A stretch of DNA of 63,554 bases, counting the filler, from Stramenopiles sp. TOSAG23-6 (taxonomy: Eukaryota), in NCBI GenBank assembly GCA_900128565.1. It is 39 parts of 39 records of this genome, joined end to end, with 100 filler letters (N's around TTAATTAATTAA, not from the genome) between each part and the next. Parts side by side here need not be neighbours in the genome. Positions count along the whole stretch, not along the records: positions 60,424 to 61,939 come from LT638933.1; positions 62,040 to 63,554 come from LT638934.1; 37 more parts are not named here. One strand, 5' to 3'. The notes beneath the pieces are model-generated. The model saw only the letters and a program-made list of their open reading frames with translations, had not been told where the DNA came from and did no database searches. Position 1 is the stretch's first letter; each line of letters begins with the position of its first letter. Of the stretch, positions 61,067 through 63,554 are shown one piece after another. The position numbers were made by a program, and so were the translations under genes.

Positions 61067-61939
61067 TAACAGTTGAAACAAACTTTATATTATTATGAAN
61101 CTTGGTATGTCCTTGAAGAATGNTTGAGGCTGCAGAACGAATATCAGGNATTGCCGATTCAACACATTCACTNTGAAATCCACTNGTNACACCAAGTCGN
61201 TTTGCCTTTATTGATTTCGAGTGTAATAAAACAAGNGTNTTATTTATTGNTTCNACTGAACCACTAANTACAACACTTTTAGGACCATTGACAACTGCTA
61301 CAACGACATCTNTGATATTTGCTGAAGCTAAAANTATTTCAANATTTTCCTCAGATTCCCATACAGCTGCCATTGTTCCAGTTTCTGTGCTATNTGANTG
61401 TGCAAGTTTCGACATTGCTTTACCACGAGCCGCAACAAGGGCACATGCCTCAGATAATGTTAACATACCTGCTATACACATAGCGGCAAACTCACCTAGA
61501 CTATGTCCCACTACCGCAATTGGTTCAACACCGAGTTGCTTCTGAATGACTTGACAAAGTGCATACTCCACAGCAAATAATGCTGGTTGTGCGAATGTAG
61601 GATCACTTAAATTTAATGATATGTTTGTATTGCTGGATTCATCGGTATCAAGTTGTTTATATAACTTCGAAACTAGAGAGACTTCCATATACTCAACGAA
61701 GAACTTGTCGCATTCTTCCATTGCATCACGAAAAATAGTGTTGTTCTGGTACATTTGAAAAGCCATATTTGAGTATTGTGCGCCTTGGCCAGTGAATACA
61801 AATGCAACTCTACATGGATTTTGCAATATTTTACCGACTACTACATTACTTTTTGTTTCACTATTTTCTAAACTTTCAAGACTCTTTTGTAGATTATCTA
61901 TTGANTCTGTTACNATAGCAGNACGNTNTGCATGTCGTT
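61058..61939 (-). CDS. Type I polyketide synthase, acyltransferase domain
   Basis: FVFTGQGAQ, AQPALF, GHSLGE, VNGP. Confidence 0.95.
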
Positions 61940-62041
61940 NNNNNNNNNNNNNNNNNNNNNNNNNNNNNNNNNNNNNNNNNNNNTTAATTAATTAANNNNN
62001 NNNNNNNNNNNNNNNNNNNNNNNNNNNNNNNNNNNNNNNCG

Positions 62042-63076
62042 ATGAATCAAGTAGTTATGACAGATACTGGAACGAATGAAAGCCAAATTATTGCGTTGGG
62101 AGTGCCCGGGGTGAGTTCGAGATTGAGGCATGGTCGATGGAAGCCCTTCGAACACAAAAGATTCGTTGATGGTATAAAGATACATGGTAAAGAATGGAAG
62201 AAAATTGCAGATGTTGTTAACACAAGAACAGTTGTACAGATTCGAACGCATGCCCAAAAATACTTTCTAAAATTGGAAAGAGATGCCTTGAGACGCGCTA
62301 ATGGCGGAGTGCTTCCAAAGAATCTTCCTGCTAGTAAAGTAAGTACGAAAAAAAATAAAAAGTCAAAGCCTTCCCCCAAAAAGAAGATTGTGATGAAAAA
62401 AAGAAGAGAAAGTGCTAAGAAACGAAAATCAGGCACTAATGATATGTCTACTGCTGTCAGTCGCGGTGGATACATGTATTCTGATTATAATCCAAGTATG
62501 CTTTCACTCATGGCACCTAACACGAAAACAACGTTTAATCCAAGAGATGGGAGTCCTACAGCAGTGTCTGATATTAGCCTTCCCTACCAAATGGATATAT
62601 CCTCGGGTTCAAAACGACACAAAACTGACACTTTACAACTCAGTGATAGAGTGAATGACTCTGCTACCGAACTCTCTGAACTTTTCAGTTGTCCAATTAC
62701 GAATAATTCGGGTATGGAGAGTATAGTTACAGGAGAAACAAATGATGGAATGCTCACAAATTGGCTCAATGTATGTTTTATTTTTTGTTCAATTTTGAAT
62801 TTATTTTTTATAGTCAATTTTATACCTAACAAATTTTAGTTTTTTTTTTTGAAATATTTTTCCAAAATACACGATGTTGGAACATCAGCTCCACTTGGGT
62901 TACGATCCGACACAGAAGGATCTTCAGATAATAACTCTGACACTGTATCTAATTTTCAATCTAATGGAAACTCCATATCAGCTGATTGTGGCAAATGGGA
63001 AGAATCTTGGTCACAGCCATTTGATTTTGGTGCTTCGTTTGACAAACTGCCCATGTTAGAAATAGAAAATTCGTAA
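62042..63076 (+). CDS. MYB-related (SHAQKYF class) transcription factor
   Basis: GRW...EHKRF...TRTVVQIRTHAQKYF. Two exons joined by family intron 62771-62872. Confidence 0.9.
62771..62872 (+). mobile_element. Family intron ending in AC
   Basis: ctc aat|GTATGTTTT...TCCAAAATACAC|gat gtt. Contains an in-frame TAG. Confidence 0.8.
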
Positions 63077-63268
63077 GTAACTGGTAGAGAAAGCTCGAAT
63101 TGTATCAAACAAGAAAGAAAAACGAGAAAAATATAATATATATTAGAGTTGTGATGTATTTTTGTTATTTCTAAAACAAGAATTATAACTAGAATTATAA
63201 ACATTACAACTATAGAAATTACTATTGTTTTTTTAATGATAATGTCGATATATTACTACGATATATTA

Positions 63269-63554
63269 CTACGATAATTTTGACTTCTTATTACTGCATT
63301 TCTCCGTCTTTGGAATATTCTTGCGTTTTGAAACCTGACCTTTTACAATTTCTATAATATCATTCTCAAGCAAGACTAGGATCATTGCATTTACATCTTT
63401 AGATGAGACGTCAGGAACTGCAATTTGGTAAAGTTTTGATAAAATAACTGATGACGAATTTAGTAAACACAACAATACTTTTTTGTAGATATATGGGAAA
63501 ATGATAGCACCGGTATCCAGTGAAATCACATCACAATATTCATCTTCTTCATCT
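63269..63554 (-). CDS. Unknown protein C-terminus
   Basis: Open frame from the window edge to a stop at 63269. Confidence 0.45.
   Translation of the reverse strand, partial: DEEDEYCDVISLDTGAIIFPYIYKKVLLCLLNSSSVILSKLYQIAVPDVSSKDVNAMILVLLENDIIEIVKGQVSKRKNIPKTEKCSNKKSKLS

Noticed and set aside
61000-61075. Convergent overlapping KS and AT genes
   Set aside because: Both domains break at the junction, and the AT half has many Ns. An inverted chimera is more likely.

Overview
This window is not one locus. It is about 40 short (1-2 kb) contigs joined by N-run + TTAATTAATTAA + N-run linkers, from an AT-rich, gene-dense flagellated eukaryote. A stramenopile-like protist single-cell or metagenome assembly is my inference. 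Recognisable gene fragments include 14-3-3, SENP/Ulp1, two kinesins, MTR4, Bud32, TMEM231, GLE1, an ABCD transporter, dynein intermediate chain, pyruvate kinase, tyrosinase, type I PKS and a SHAQKYF-type MYB. One mitochondrial contig carries 6 tRNAs, nad4 and cox1 (UGA=Trp). The standout signal is a single intron family with about 65 copies by hand count (about 1 per kb), mostly 90-200 nt. Its consensus is GTAYGTTT...TTTTCGTACGAAATTTYGTACCTAAC...TTGAAATATTTTTCCAAAATACAT. It interrupts conserved proteins in the sense orientation, and removing it restores them. Most copies end in AT, not AG: of 33 complete copies, 27 end in AT, 3 in AG, 2 in GT and 1 in AC. The copies have short inverted termini, an AT|G target preference and a palindrome next to the branch point. 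They look like an introner (mobile intron) family of non-canonical GT-AT introns that coexists with ordinary GT-AG introns. No RNA data are available here, so the exact junctions are inferred from reading frames.
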